A DNA stretch of 64,000 bases from an uncultured Devosia sp. (GCA_964570695.1 CAZNAE010000001.1:8290-72289), one strand, 5' to 3'. Counted from the first letter of the stretch, positions 21,261 to 32,029 are shown. Program-made: numbers and translations. Notes: generated by a model not told the origin, from the sequence alone.

Positions 21261-22282
21261 CCGTCTGTCAGCTTGAACTCGATGCGCCGGTTCTTCGCAT
21301 AAGCCTCGTCGCTGTCGCCGGGGTCGATCGGGCGGCTGTCGCCGAAGCCGGCAGGAACGAGGTGCTGCTGCGCGACGCCCTGCGACACCAGATATTTGAC
21401 GACCGTGATGGCGCGCGCCGCCGAGAGCTCCCAGTTTGACGGAAACTCCGGCGTGTTGATCGGCCGCTTGTCGGTGTGGCCGTCGACGCGCAGCACCCAA
21501 TTGATGTCCGACGGAATTTCGGTCTCGAGCTGCTTGATCGCGCCCGCGAGCTGATCGAGCGTTGCCGTTCCCTCAGCGGAAACCGTCGCCTCGCCCGGCG
21601 GAAACAGCACTTCGGACTGGAACACGAAGCGGTCGCCAACCACCTGCACGTCGGCGCGGCCTTCGAGGATCTGCCGCAAACGACCGAAGAAGTCCGAGCG
21701 GTACTGCGACAAATCCTGGACGCGCTGCGCCAGCGCCACATTGAGCCGCCGGCCGAGGTCAGCGATCTGCGTCTTGCTCTCGGTGGCGTTGCTTTCCGAT
21801 GCATCGAGCGCCTGCTCCAGCGCGCCGATCTGCGTGCGCAAGGCCGAGAGTTGCTGGTTGAGCAACGCCACCTGCGCCGCCGCGTCGTTGGAGATATCGG
21901 TCTGCTTGGTCAGATCGGCCGTCAGCCCGGCAATCTTGGCGTCCTGGCCGCCGGCCCCGTTCAGCCCGGCCACCTGCGTCTGCAATTTGTCGCGCTCCGC
22001 GGTGGTGCTACCGAGCGTCGCCTGCAGCGTCGCGAGATTGCCCTGCAGATCGGTATTGTTGCTGCGCTCCATCTGCAGCAGATCGGTCAGCTCCGCGATC
22101 TGCGAATTGAGCCGCGCCATTGCCGTGTCCTTGCCCTGGATCTGCTGGCCCAGGAAGAACTGCGTCAGCATGAACAGCGACAGCAGGAAAATGATGACCA
22201 GCAGCAGCGACGACAGCGCGTCGACGAAGCCTGGCCAGTAATTGGTGACCTGCGAGCGGCGGGTGCGGCTCAGCGACGCCAT
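21257..22282 (-). CDS. MotB/OmpA-family peptidoglycan-binding protein (non-flagellar)
   Basis: YWPGFVDALSSLLLV TM helix with Asp, long coiled coil, C-terminal VDGHTD...NWELSAARA...NRRIE. Confidence 0.88.
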   Translation of the reverse strand: MASLSRTRRSQVTNYWPGFVDALSSLLLVIIFLLSLFMLTQFFLGQQIQGKDTAMARLNSQIAELTDLLQMERSNNTDLQGNLATLQATLGSTTAERDKLQTQVAGLNGAGGQDAKIAGLTADLTKQTDISNDAAAQVALLNQQLSALRTQIGALEQALDASESNATESKTQIADLGRRLNVALAQRVQDLSQYRSDFFGRLRQILEGRADVQVVGDRFVFQSEVLFPPGEATVSAEGTATLDQLAGAIKQLETEIPSDINWVLRVDGHTDKRPINTPEFPSNWELSAARAITVVKYLVSQGVAQQHLVPAGFGDSRPIDPGDSDEAYAKNRRIEFKLTDG

Positions 22283-22298
22283 GCGCGTTCACTCCCGC

Positions 22299-23297
22299 TC
22301 AATTTGGCCGACGATCGTTCTGGTCTTCGCGCAGCATCGCCTCGATCAGCTCGCGCAGCTTCTTGTTGGTGTCGCCCTGCTCGTCGATATGGATGCGAAG
22401 GTCCGCCTGCTCGGCCCGGATATGCTTGACCAGCCCATCGATGCCGCGCGCCAGTTCGGCCATGGCGCGAATGGCGTTCTGCGAGGAATCCGTGTTGCCG
22501 ATGGTCGAGCCGAGCCGGTCGAGCATCGCCGACATCTCCTCGCCCGGCAGCCCGAGGCCGGTGGCCTGCATCTGCGTCATCGGATGGTCGAGCTCGGTCA
22601 TCGAGGTCATCCAGTCCTCGAGGTCGGTGTAGAAGGCGTTCTGCGCCTGGCTGGTCTGCAGATCGAGGAAGCCGAGGATCAGCGAACCGCTGAGGCCTAG
22701 CAGCGAGGCCGAGAATGCCGTCGCCATGCCCTTGAGCGGCTCGGTGAGGCCATGCTGCAAATTGGCGAACAGCGTCGCGGTGTCGCCGGTCGAGGTGTTG
22801 AGCGCATTGATCGTGTCGCCGACGCTGCCGACCGTCGACAGCAGGCCGTAGAACGTTCCAAGCAGGCCGAGAAACACCAGCAAGCCCGTCAGGTACCGCG
22901 AGGTGTCCTTGGCCTCATCGAGCCGGTTGCCGACCGAATCGAGGATCGAGCGCATGGAGGACGGCGTAATCACCGCCTCGCCCAGCTTGTCGCGCAACAT
23001 CCCGGCGACCGGCGCTAGGAGCACCGGCTGGCGTACCCGCGCCATGGTGCCGTCCTGCATGGAGTTTACCCATTTGACCTCGGGCGACAGCCGCATGACC
23101 TGCCGGAAGCTAAGGACGATGCCGATCGCCGCCACCAGCACGATCAGGCTGTTGATGAACGGGTTGGCCCAGAAAAAGGTGATGATCGACTGCGACAGGA
23201 TGGCGCCGACCAGCGCCACGATGACGAGGAAGATCACGATCTTGACGAGGTAAATCGTCGGGCTTTTCAGGTGATACGGGTCGTAGGTCTGCGACAT
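22299..23297 (-). CDS. MotA/TolQ/ExbB-family proton-channel protein
   Basis: LVFLGLLGTFYGL and GMATAFSASLLGL channel helices; upstream of the MotB-like gene. Confidence 0.85.
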   Translation of the reverse strand: MSQTYDPYHLKSPTIYLVKIVIFLVIVALVGAILSQSIITFFWANPFINSLIVLVAAIGIVLSFRQVMRLSPEVKWVNSMQDGTMARVRQPVLLAPVAGMLRDKLGEAVITPSSMRSILDSVGNRLDEAKDTSRYLTGLLVFLGLLGTFYGLLSTVGSVGDTINALNTSTGDTATLFANLQHGLTEPLKGMATAFSASLLGLSGSLILGFLDLQTSQAQNAFYTDLEDWMTSMTELDHPMTQMQATGLGLPGEEMSAMLDRLGSTIGNTDSSQNAIRAMAELARGIDGLVKHIRAEQADLRIHIDEQGDTNKKLRELIEAMLREDQNDRRPN

Positions 23298-23435
23298 GGC
23301 CCCCGCCGGATTCGGCAGTTTCGATTCCCTAGAGAAGCGATTTCTGTGGGACTCTAGTCACACCATTCCGGCGTGACAATGGCTTGAACCCGGCAGTCCC
23401 GTGCCGCGACGATGTCGAAACACCGCGGGTTTGGA

Positions 23436-24230
23436 CTATTTCGTGCCCTTGATCAGCTTCAGCAACTGTCCCTGAATGGTCTCGTTGCCGGCGACGACCT
23501 CGCCGTTCCAGATACTGCCCGCGCCGCCGCCGAAATCCGTCATCGTGCCGCCCGCCTCGCGCAGCATCAGCCAGCCGGGCGCCACGTCCCAGGGCGACAG
23601 CCGTGCCTCCCAGAAGCCGTCGAAACGGCCTGCAGCGAGCCAGGCCAAATCGGTCGAGGCCGAGCCGGTGCGGCGAATGCCCGCGGTCGCTGGCGAGATC
23701 ACGCCGAGCTGGCGCAGTTGCAGGGCATCATTGGCGGTACCAGTCACCTTGATGCCGGTCGAGATCACTGAATCTGCCAGATGCTTGCGGTTGGCGACGC
23801 GCAGCCGATGCCGGTCGTCGAGCCAGGCGCCGGCGCCTTTTTCGGCGACGTACAGTTCCTCGCTGATCGGATTGTAGATCACCGAGGCGACGATCTCCTC
23901 GCCGCGCTGCAGCGCGATCGCCACCGCGAACAGCGGAATGCCGTGAAGGAAGTTGGTGGTGCCATCGAGTGGATCGATGATCCAGCGGTGCTGGCCGTCG
24001 GTCCCCTTGATCTCGCCGCCCTCTTCCATCAGGAAGCCGTAGGTCGGCCGGGCCTTGGCCAGTTCGTCGTGGACGATCTTTTCCGCCGACTTGTCGGCGT
24101 TCGAGACGAAGTCGGCGGGTCCCTTCACCGAAACCTGCAGATTCTCCACTTCGCCGAAGTCGCGCGTCAGCGAGCGGCCGGCCTTGAGCGCGGCGGTGAC
24201 CATGACATTGAGGAGTGCCGAACGGGCCAT
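23436..24230 (-). CDS. suhB: Inositol monophosphatase family, SuhB
   Basis: DFVSNAD, LMEE, WIIDPLDGTTNF, PWDVAPG. Confidence 0.92.
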   Translation of the reverse strand: MARSALLNVMVTAALKAGRSLTRDFGEVENLQVSVKGPADFVSNADKSAEKIVHDELAKARPTYGFLMEEGGEIKGTDGQHRWIIDPLDGTTNFLHGIPLFAVAIALQRGEEIVASVIYNPISEELYVAEKGAGAWLDDRHRLRVANRKHLADSVISTGIKVTGTANDALQLRQLGVISPATAGIRRTGSASTDLAWLAAGRFDGFWEARLSPWDVAPGWLMLREAGGTMTDFGGGAGSIWNGEVVAGNETIQGQLLKLIKGTK

Positions 24231-24297
24231 ATTCGTGGGGTCTCAGTGGGGAGCGGCGTTCTCTGCCCCAGAACGCGTCAGCGTTCAAGCCAAGAGA

Positions 24298-25347
24298 TCA
24301 GGGCGCGGCGGTCTTCGCTGCCGCTTCCGCCGCCGATGGTGGTTGCGACGGCCAGAACCGCGCCATCTCCTCGGCGTTGTCGAGATCCTTCTGCGATATC
24401 CCGATCAGCAGCTTGTCGAGCACCGGGTCGCTGAGCCCCTGCCGACGCGCCAGGGCCCGCCACATCGCCGCCTGCTTCAGGTCGAGATCGACCCCCTCGC
24501 CGACGGCATAGAGCTTCGCCAGCCGGTTCTGCGCCACCGGATTGCCGGCGTTGGCGGCGCGCTGATACCAGCCGATCGCCTCATGCAGATTCTTGGAGAG
24601 ACCCTGCCCGAGATAGAGCAACGTCGCGTAGTCGACCTGCGCCTCAACCAGGCCCTGCGCTGCCGCGAGGCCGATTTCCCTAGCGCCATCCACCGGATCC
24701 GGCGGCACGCCGGCGCCCTCGATCAGCAGCGTGCCGTAGTCGTATTGGGCTTCGGCCAACCCGGCATCCGCGGCCGATTTCATCAGCTTGCCCGCGTCGA
24801 TCAGGCTCGGCGAGGCATCCACGCCATCGATATGGAGCAGCGCCAGATTGTATTGGGCCGCCGGATAGCCCTTGTCGGCGGACTGCTTGAACAGCTCCGC
24901 GGCGCGCTGCAGGTTCTTCGGCACGCCGTTCCCCTGCAGGTACAGCATGCCCAGTTCGAACGCCGCCACCATGTCGCCGTTCTTGGCCGCCAGCGAATAC
25001 CAGCTCGAGGCACGCGCCACGTTCTCGGCGACGCCCAGCCCCTCGGCATAGATTTCGGCGATCAGCGTCTGCGCCGCCGGGTCGGCCTTCTCGGCCCGCG
25101 GCAGCGCCAAGGCCAGCGCTGTCAGATAATAGCCGCGCTGGAACGCCCCATAGGCGTCGTCCTTGCGGCTGAAAATGTCGTTGCTGATCGACACTGCATC
25201 ATTGCCGCTGCCGCTCGACGCCGCCGGCTGACTGCTGTCGAGCCCGACGCTGTTGTCGATGTGTGGCGCGTCGCTCGGCGTCGCGGTCACCGCCCAGGCG
25301 GGCCCGACCGACGCAGCGAGCAGCACGGCCGCAGCGACAAATCTCAC
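24298..25347 (-). CDS. Secreted Sel1-like repeat protein
   Basis: Signal peptide from GTG 25347; multiple AQY.LG.LY..G.GV..D...A..W...AA..G repeats. Confidence 0.88.
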   Translation of the reverse strand: MRFVAAAVLLAASVGPAWAVTATPSDAPHIDNSVGLDSSQPAASSGSGNDAVSISNDIFSRKDDAYGAFQRGYYLTALALALPRAEKADPAAQTLIAEIYAEGLGVAENVARASSWYSLAAKNGDMVAAFELGMLYLQGNGVPKNLQRAAELFKQSADKGYPAAQYNLALLHIDGVDASPSLIDAGKLMKSAADAGLAEAQYDYGTLLIEGAGVPPDPVDGAREIGLAAAQGLVEAQVDYATLLYLGQGLSKNLHEAIGWYQRAANAGNPVAQNRLAKLYAVGEGVDLDLKQAAMWRALARRQGLSDPVLDKLLIGISQKDLDNAEEMARFWPSQPPSAAEAAAKTAAP

Positions 25348-25949
25348 GGCGCGCCCTCCAGCGCCTTGGCGATGGAGCCGAGCCGAGCCGTGACCCCCTC
25401 GGGCGCGGTCCACAGGCTCTCGCCGAGGCCGATGAACTCGCCGCCTTCGGCGGTCGCGGTCTCGGCCGTCGCAGTGGGGTCGGACAAGACGCTCGGCACT
25501 TCCATGATCTCGGCCCACCACCGCGCGATTTCGCGCTGCTCGGGATCACGTGGCCCGGAGAGCGGGCCGAAGAACAGATAGTCCGGCCCGAGCTCACCCT
25601 TGCTCATCGCATCGTGGCGCGAGGCGACTGCACCGGCGCCGACGATGTAGTCGGGCTTCAGCGCCGCGGTCGCGGCTTTCACATCGCCGACGCCGCCCTC
25701 GACGTGCAGCCCATCCGCGCCCAGCGTCCGCACCAGCCCGGGCTCGCCCTCGATCAGCACGGCGACGCCGGCCGCCTGGGCTCGGGCGACAACGCCCTTG
25801 ACCAACGTCTTGTAGCTGCCCTCCGACCGCGACCCGCGCGGCAGCAGCAAGACCGCAACGGGCGCTGCCGCCAGGGCCTCGTCGAGCTTGGTGAGGCAGT
25901 CGGTGGCGTCGGCGCTGGCCGGGGCGATGAGGAAAATCTGGGCGGTCAT
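25344..25949 (-). CDS. Thiamine-phosphate synthase-like TIM-barrel protein
   Basis: LGADGLHV, IVGAG...SRHDAM..GE..PDYLFFG, WWAE; rhizobial ThiE-like paralogue type. Confidence 0.75.
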   Translation of the reverse strand: MTAQIFLIAPASADATDCLTKLDEALAAAPVAVLLLPRGSRSEGSYKTLVKGVVARAQAAGVAVLIEGEPGLVRTLGADGLHVEGGVGDVKAATAALKPDYIVGAGAVASRHDAMSKGELGPDYLFFGPLSGPRDPEQREIARWWAEIMEVPSVLSDPTATAETATAEGGEFIGLGESLWTAPEGVTARLGSIAKALEGAP

Positions 25950-26018
25950 GGCAGCCTTATAGCGGGCGAACTGCACTATGGCCTGAGATTTTGGCGGCAA
26001 ATGGGTGGCTGGTTAAAG

Positions 26019-27044
26019 TCAGGCCGCCCGGTCGAGCTCCGGCCGCCATTCGCCCTTGGCGGCAAGGCTGTTCATCAGCGCCCGGTGGGCGAACGCCGCC
26101 TGCGCCGCCGGCACGTTCTGCGGCTCGCCGCCCCAGGCCATCAACGCCGCGTTCTGCAGCGCCCGGCCGTATGAGAAGGTCACCGCCCACGGCAGATTGC
26201 CCATCTGGTTCATCGCTGACAGATGCGCCGTCGCCGCCTCGTCCGACTGCCCGCCCGAGAGAAAGGCGATGCCCGGCACCGCTGCCGGCACCTGCGCCCG
26301 CAGCACGTCGAGGGTCGCCGCCGCGATCGCGTCGACACCCGGCCGCTCCGCCGACCGGATGCCCGGCGTCACCATGTTGGGCTTGAGCAGCATCCCGTCG
26401 AGCGCCACGCCGGCCAGCCGCAATTCTTGGAATACCGTCGCCAGAGTCTCCGCCGTCACCTCCGCACAACGATCCATCGAGTGATCGCCCGGCTCGCCGT
26501 CGGCCAGCACCTCGGGCTCGACCACCGGCACAATCCCCGCCTCCTGGCAGAGCGCTGCGTAGCGCGCCAGCACATGTGCATTGGCCCGGATGCCGTTGCG
26601 CGATGGCGCAATATTGTTCACCGCGATGACGCCGCGCCACTTTGCGAATTTCGCGCCGAGCGTGGCGTAATGCGCCAGCCGCTGCCGCAGCCCGTCGAGA
26701 CCCTCGGTGATCTTCTCGCCGCTCGTCCCGGGCATCGAGAACGCCCCGCGGTCGACCTTGATGCCCGGCATCACGTCGCTCTCGGCCAGCAGCGCCACGA
26801 ACGGCGTTCCATCGGCGGCGTTCTGCAAGAGCGTCTCCTCGGTCAGAATGACGCCGGAGATGTAGTTGGTCATCGCCTCGTGCGAGCGGAACAGCATCTC
26901 GCGATAGTCCCGCCGCGTCTCGAACGTCACCGGCAACCCGATCGCCGCAAAGCGCTTGGCGATGGTCCCTTCCGATTCATCGGCGGCGAGTATGCCCATG
27001 CCGGGCGCGACGAGCGTAGTCGCGATCTCGTTCAGGCTCGGCAC
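26019..27044 (-). CDS. Class I fructose-bisphosphate aldolase
   Basis: GILAADES, GIKVD, FAKWR, VPVVEPEV, LLKPNM, FLSGGQ, FSYGRALQ. Confidence 0.96.
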   Translation of the reverse strand: MPSLNEIATTLVAPGMGILAADESEGTIAKRFAAIGLPVTFETRRDYREMLFRSHEAMTNYISGVILTEETLLQNAADGTPFVALLAESDVMPGIKVDRGAFSMPGTSGEKITEGLDGLRQRLAHYATLGAKFAKWRGVIAVNNIAPSRNGIRANAHVLARYAALCQEAGIVPVVEPEVLADGEPGDHSMDRCAEVTAETLATVFQELRLAGVALDGMLLKPNMVTPGIRSAERPGVDAIAAATLDVLRAQVPAAVPGIAFLSGGQSDEAATAHLSAMNQMGNLPWAVTFSYGRALQNAALMAWGGEPQNVPAAQAAFAHRALMNSLAAKGEWRPELDRAA

Positions 27045-27228
27045 GGGCAACTCCGTTCGGGGGACGGCCGAAACTAAGCGAGCCCTATCGTCGCGGCGAT
27101 ACGACGTTAGGCGTACCTGACGAAAACCCGTAGACCAGTTCATCGGCTGCACCATGCCGGCCTGGCCCATTCAGGGTCAGTTCAGGCCGAGTGGGCTCTT
27201 CTTCGCGCACGCAAAAGAGGAGAGAGCC

Positions 27229-27411
27229 ATGAAGAACCCCCGCACTTCCGCAATTATCGGCGTCATCGGTGTCGTCCTGACCGGGTCGGCAATATTGTTC
27301 CACGGCGACGAGGCTCCGAGCGCCGCTCTCGCGACCCTTGAGTGGATCTTGCTCGGCCTGAGCGTCCTGGGGCTCGTCGGCTCGCTGATTCAGCTGAGCA
27401 AGACCAACTAG
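27229..27411 (+). CDS. Small two-TM hypothetical protein (60 aa)
   Basis: AGAGGAG RBS before ATG 27229; two hydrophobic helices; stop overlaps the pgk stop. Confidence 0.6.
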   Translation: MKNPRTSAIIGVIGVVLTGSAILFHGDEAPSAALATLEWILLGLSVLGLVGSLIQLSKTN

Positions 27412-28610
27412 GCCTTCATCAGCGCGGCGACCCCGGGCAGGGTCTTGCCCTCCATCCACTCAAGGAAGGCGCCACCGGCGGTCGACACGTAGGTGAACTG
27501 ATCTTTGACCCCGGCTTGCGCCAGCGCCGAAACCGTGTCGCCGCCGCCGGCGACCGAGACCAGCTTGCCCGCCTTGGTGCGGGCCGCCACGTATTTCGCG
27601 ATCGCGTTGGTTCCGGCATCGAACGGCTCCATCTCGAACGCCCCGAGCGGACCGTTCCAGACCAGCGTCGCGGCCTCGTCGATCGCCGCCTTGATGCGCT
27701 CGATCGACTGGCGGCCCACGTCGAGGATCATGCCCTCGGGGTCCATCGCATCGAGCCCATAGTTCTGGTGCCGGGCGTTGGCCTTGAACTCCCACGCCAC
27801 CACGCCGTCGACCGGCACGATGATGGCGCAGTTCGCCTTCTCGGCTTTGTCTAGAATGCCGTTCACGGTGTCGCCCATATCCTTTTCGGCAAGCGACTTG
27901 CCGACGCCGATGCCCTCGGCGAGGAGGAAGGTGTTGGCCATGGCGCCGCCGATCACCAGCGCGTCGACCTTACCGACGAGGTTGCCGAGGAGATCGAGCT
28001 TGGTCGAGACCTTCGAGCCGCCGACGATCGCGATGACCGGCTTCTTCGGATGGCCAAGTCCTGCCTCGAGCGCTTCGAGTTCGGCCTGCATGGCAAGCCC
28101 CGCCGCCGACGGCAGCAGATGCGCGAGCCCCTCGGTCGAGGCATGCGCCCGATGCGCCGCCGAGAACGCGTCGTTGATGTAGATGTCGCCAAGCGAGGCC
28201 ATCCGCTTGGCCAGCGCCGGGTCATTCTCTTCCTCGCCCGGATGGAAGCGCGTGTTCTCGAGCACAAGGATCGAGCCGTCCGGCGCATCGTCGATCGCCT
28301 CACCGGCCTGCTGCACATTGACCCAGTCGGTATCAATGAAGCCGACGGAGTGGCCGGTCGCCTCGACGATCGCCGGCACCACCTGCTCGAGCGAATAAGC
28401 CTTGTCGACCTTCCCCTTGGGCCGGCCGAAATGCGAAATCAGGATCGCCTTGCCGCCGGTCTTGATGATCTCGCGAATGGTCGGCACGATCCGCTCGATC
28501 CGCGTCGCATCCGTCACCTTGCCATTCTGCACCGGCACATTGAGATCGGCGCGCAGCAACACGCGCTTCCCCTTGAAATCCATGCCATCGATGGTTTTGT
28601 AGGCCGTCAT
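27408..28610 (-). CDS. pgk: Phosphoglycerate kinase
   Basis: [52 protein letters not shown]. Confidence 0.99.
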   Translation of the reverse strand: MTAYKTIDGMDFKGKRVLLRADLNVPVQNGKVTDATRIERIVPTIREIIKTGGKAILISHFGRPKGKVDKAYSLEQVVPAIVEATGHSVGFIDTDWVNVQQAGEAIDDAPDGSILVLENTRFHPGEEENDPALAKRMASLGDIYINDAFSAAHRAHASTEGLAHLLPSAAGLAMQAELEALEAGLGHPKKPVIAIVGGSKVSTKLDLLGNLVGKVDALVIGGAMANTFLLAEGIGVGKSLAEKDMGDTVNGILDKAEKANCAIIVPVDGVVAWEFKANARHQNYGLDAMDPEGMILDVGRQSIERIKAAIDEAATLVWNGPLGAFEMEPFDAGTNAIAKYVAARTKAGKLVSVAGGGDTVSALAQAGVKDQFTYVSTAGGAFLEWMEGKTLPGVAALMKA

Positions 28611-28660
28611 CTGCAACTCCAGGATTGTCGTCTCAACCCGTCAAACTCGCCGCAAATCGT

Positions 28661-28819
28661 CCCCTCGCCCCTCAGGGGAGAGGGTCAGGGTGAGGGGGGA
28701 AGCCTGTCCGCGAGCGCTCTGCCGGCCGCACATCTGGGTGCGATGCTGAGCACCAAATGGGCTGGCCAGTCTACACCCCTCATCCGGCGCTTCGCGCGAC
28801 CTTCCCCCCTGGGGAGAAG
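28661..28819. repeat. RIME/CIR-like intergenic palindromic element (two inverted arms, ~77-bp spacer)
   Basis: Arm 1 CCCCTCGCCCCTCAGGGGAGAGGGTCAGGGTGAGGGG; arm 2 CCCCTCATCCGGCGCTTCGCGCGACCTTCCCCCCTGGGGAGAAG resembles the reverse complement of arm 1. Confidence 0.7.
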
Positions 28820-28823
28820 AGAA

Positions 28824-29831
28824 CTAGAGCGTCTTCGCAAACGCCGCGGTCACGTCGCACATGCGGTTTGAGAACCCCCACTCATTGTCGTACCAGCCGA
28901 GAATGTTGACGAAGTTGCCGTCCATCACCTTGGTCTGGTCGAGCAAGATGGTTGCTGAGTGCGGGTCGTGGTTGAAGTCCGACGAGACGTTGGGGAAATG
29001 CGTCACGGTCATGATGTTCTTGAGCTTGCCGTTGCTGGCGGCGATCAGCGCCTCGTTGACTTCCTGCGGGGTGGTGTTGCGCTTGGCCATGAACTTCAGA
29101 TCGACGAGCGACACGTTCGGCGTCGGCACGCGGATCGAGATGCCGTCGAGCTTGCCCTTGAGCTCGGGTAGCACGAGGCCGATCGCCTTCGCCGCGCCGG
29201 TCGAGGTCGGGATCTGGCTCAACGCCGCGGCGCGGGCGCGGTAGAGGTCCTTGTGCATGGTATCGAGTGTGGGCTGGTCGCCGGTGTAGGAATGGATGGT
29301 CGTCATCATACCCTTCTCGATGCCGACCAGTTCGTTCATGATCATTGCCATCGGCGCGAGGCAGTTGGTGGTGCACGAGCCGTTCGAGATGACGACGTGC
29401 TCCTTCTTGAGGCCCTTGTCATTGACGCCATAAACGATCGTGTAGTCGGCGCCGTCCGCCGGGGCGGAGACGATCACCTTCTTGGCGCCCGCCGTCAGAT
29501 GCGCCGAAGCCTTTTCCTTGGTGGTGAAGATGCCGGTGCATTCGAGCACGATGTCGACGCCAAGTTCCTTGTGCGGCAGCTGTGCCGGATCCTTGACCGC
29601 TGTCACCTTGAACTTCTGCCCGGCGGTCTCGATCACATCACCGGTGACCTTCACCTCGTGCGGAAAGCGCCCATGCACGCTGTCGAAGCGCAGCAAATGC
29701 GCGTTGGTCTCGACGGGCCCGAGGTCGTTGACCGCCACCACATCGATGCCGTGGCTCCCGTTTTCGATCAGAGCGCGGAGAATGTTCCGCCCAATGCGGC
29801 CAAAACCATTGATTGCGACGCGGGTTGCCAT
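28824..29831 (-). CDS. gap: Glyceraldehyde-3-phosphate dehydrogenase, type I
   Basis: [31 protein letters not shown]. Confidence 0.99.
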   Translation of the reverse strand: MATRVAINGFGRIGRNILRALIENGSHGIDVVAVNDLGPVETNAHLLRFDSVHGRFPHEVKVTGDVIETAGQKFKVTAVKDPAQLPHKELGVDIVLECTGIFTTKEKASAHLTAGAKKVIVSAPADGADYTIVYGVNDKGLKKEHVVISNGSCTTNCLAPMAMIMNELVGIEKGMMTTIHSYTGDQPTLDTMHKDLYRARAAALSQIPTSTGAAKAIGLVLPELKGKLDGISIRVPTPNVSLVDLKFMAKRNTTPQEVNEALIAASNGKLKNIMTVTHFPNVSSDFNHDPHSATILLDQTKVMDGNFVNILGWYDNEWGFSNRMCDVTAAFAKTL

Positions 29832-29869
29832 GCGGGCTCCTCTAGGAATTCACGGATGAACGGCGGCTC

Positions 29870-31849
29870 TTACAACTGGGCCGTGACGGCTTCAACTACG
29901 CCCTTCGGTGTGATGCCGAAATACTCGTAGAGCTGCTCGGCCGGACCGCTCGCGCCGAACGAATGCATGCCGACGAAGTGCCCCTTCTGGCCTAGCAGCC
30001 GGCCCCAGCTGAGACCGATGCCGGCCTCGACGGCAACACGAGCCTTCGGCGCACCGATGATGCTCGCGCGGTAATCGTCCGATTGCGCTTCGAACAGTTC
30101 GAGCGAGGGCACCGAAATGACCTTTGCCGGGATGCCCTTCTGTTTGAGCAGCGGCAGGGCATCGACGGCGATCGCGACCTCCGAGCCGGTCGCGAAGATC
30201 ACCGCATCGGCCTTATCGTCGCCGGCAATCTTGTAAGCGCCTTTGGCGCTCAAATTTTCTTTGACGTATTCGGTGCGGAGCGCCGGCAGGTTCTGCCGGC
30301 TGAGGGCCAGGATTGAGGGGCGATTCTTGGTCTCGAGCGCAATTTGCCAGCACTCGAGCGTCTCGACCGCGTCGGCAGGCCGCAGCACCATGAGGTGCGG
30401 AATGGCGCGTAGCGCCGCGAGATGCTCGATCGGCTGGTGCGTTGGGCCGTCTTCGCCAAGACCGATCGAATCGTGTGTCATCACATAGATGACGCGCTGC
30501 TCCATGATCGCGCTGAGGCGGATCGCCGGCCGCGCGTAGTCAGTGAACACCAGGAACGTGCCGCCATAAGGGATTAGCCCCTTATGCAGCGCCATGCCGT
30601 TCATGATCGCCGACATGCCGTGCTCGCGGATGCCGTAACGCATGTAGCGGCCGAAGCGGTCCTGATCGGTGAACGGCAAGGTCTGGGTGGTGTTGGTGAA
30701 ATTCGAGCCGGTGAGGTCGGCCGAACCACCGACCGTTTCTGGCAGGACCGCGTTGATCACCTCGAGCGCCATCTGGCTCGATTTGCGCGAGGCGAGCTTC
30801 GGCTTGTCCGCCACGAGCTTCTGCTTGAAGGCATCGACTGCCGTTGCGTAGCCGCTTGGCAGTTCGCCGCTCGTCCGCCGCTCGAACTCGCCACGCCGCG
30901 CGCCATCGAGCCCGGCGAGCCGCCCTTGCCAGGCGCCGAATGCGTTGGCAGACCGGGTGCCCGCCGAACGCCAGGCGTCGAGGATGTCCTTCGGAATTTC
31001 GAACGCCGGATAGGTGATGCCGAGGTTTGCCTTCGCCGCCGCCAGCTCGTCCTTGCCGAGCGGCGAGCCGTGCACCTTCTCGGTGCCTTCCTTATGCGGC
31101 GCCCCGAAACCAATCGTCGTCCTTGCTGCGATCAGCAGTGGGCGCGTGCTCTTCTTGGCGTCGATCAACGCCTTCTCAACAGCCGCTTGATCGTGGCCAT
31201 CGATCGCCACCGTATTCCAGCCCGAGGCTTCGAAGCGCTTCAGCTGATCGGTCGAGTCGGCGTTCGACACATGCCCGTCGATGGTGATGCCGTTGTTGTC
31301 CCAGATCAGCGTCAGCTTGTTGAGATTGAGGTGACCGGCCAACGAGATCGCTTCCTGCGAAATCCCCTCCATCAGGCAGCCGTCGCCGCAGAGGCACCAG
31401 GTGTGGTGGTCGACCACATCCTTGCCGAACTCGGCAGCCAGCTTGGCCTCGGCGATCGCCATACCCACGGCATTGGCAATACCCTGCCCGAGTGGGCTGG
31501 TGGTGGTTTCGATGCCCTTGAGGAAGCCGTGCTCGGGATGCCCGGCAGTCTTCGAACCAAGCTGCCGGAACATCTTGATCTGGTCGATCGTCGCGTCCTC
31601 GTAGCCCAAGAGGTAGAGCGAGGAATAGAGCAGCATCGAGCCATGGCCGGCCGACAGGACGAACCGGTCGCGATCCGGCCATTGCGGATTCTTCGGGTCG
31701 AACTTCATGATTTTCGTGAACAGCACCGTGGCGATGTCGGCGCAGCCCATCGGCAGGCCCGGATGGCCCGAATTGGCCTTTTCCACCGCGTCCATGGAGA
31801 GAGAACGAATGGCATTGGCCATTTCGTCGGCGGTCTTTGAATTGGTCAT
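29870..31849 (-). CDS. tkt: Transketolase
   Basis: [44 protein letters not shown]. Confidence 0.99.
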   Translation of the reverse strand: MTNSKTADEMANAIRSLSMDAVEKANSGHPGLPMGCADIATVLFTKIMKFDPKNPQWPDRDRFVLSAGHGSMLLYSSLYLLGYEDATIDQIKMFRQLGSKTAGHPEHGFLKGIETTTSPLGQGIANAVGMAIAEAKLAAEFGKDVVDHHTWCLCGDGCLMEGISQEAISLAGHLNLNKLTLIWDNNGITIDGHVSNADSTDQLKRFEASGWNTVAIDGHDQAAVEKALIDAKKSTRPLLIAARTTIGFGAPHKEGTEKVHGSPLGKDELAAAKANLGITYPAFEIPKDILDAWRSAGTRSANAFGAWQGRLAGLDGARRGEFERRTSGELPSGYATAVDAFKQKLVADKPKLASRKSSQMALEVINAVLPETVGGSADLTGSNFTNTTQTLPFTDQDRFGRYMRYGIREHGMSAIMNGMALHKGLIPYGGTFLVFTDYARPAIRLSAIMEQRVIYVMTHDSIGLGEDGPTHQPIEHLAALRAIPHLMVLRPADAVETLECWQIALETKNRPSILALSRQNLPALRTEYVKENLSAKGAYKIAGDDKADAVIFATGSEVAIAVDALPLLKQKGIPAKVISVPSLELFEAQSDDYRASIIGAPKARVAVEAGIGLSWGRLLGQKGHFVGMHSFGASGPAEQLYEYFGITPKGVVEAVTAQL

Positions 31850-32029
31850 GAAATCCGCTCGTGTCTGGAGAGTTCAAAGCGAGGAAAAACGCCGGAAACC
31901 GGCCTCCTCCAAGGCGGCAATTGGCTTAACAGGTTCGCTTTGCCTGTCAATGACAGTGCCCGCGGCGTTGGCGTCGCACGCCGAAAGCTTATAGTGCCGA
32001 TAAGAGTCGCGTGATTTGCGGGCCGAGCC

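Noticed and set aside
21257-23297. Zorya (zorAB) defence system or flagellar stator
   Set aside because: No zorC/D/E, no long ZorA tail, no flagellar genes; the context is housekeeping
25950-26018. TPP riboswitch upstream of the thiE-like gene
   Set aside because: The gap is only about 70 nt and I could not find the conserved aptamer core on the coding strand
28661-28819. CRISPR-like repeat-spacer-repeat
   Set aside because: Only two dissimilar arms in inverted orientation, and no cas genes
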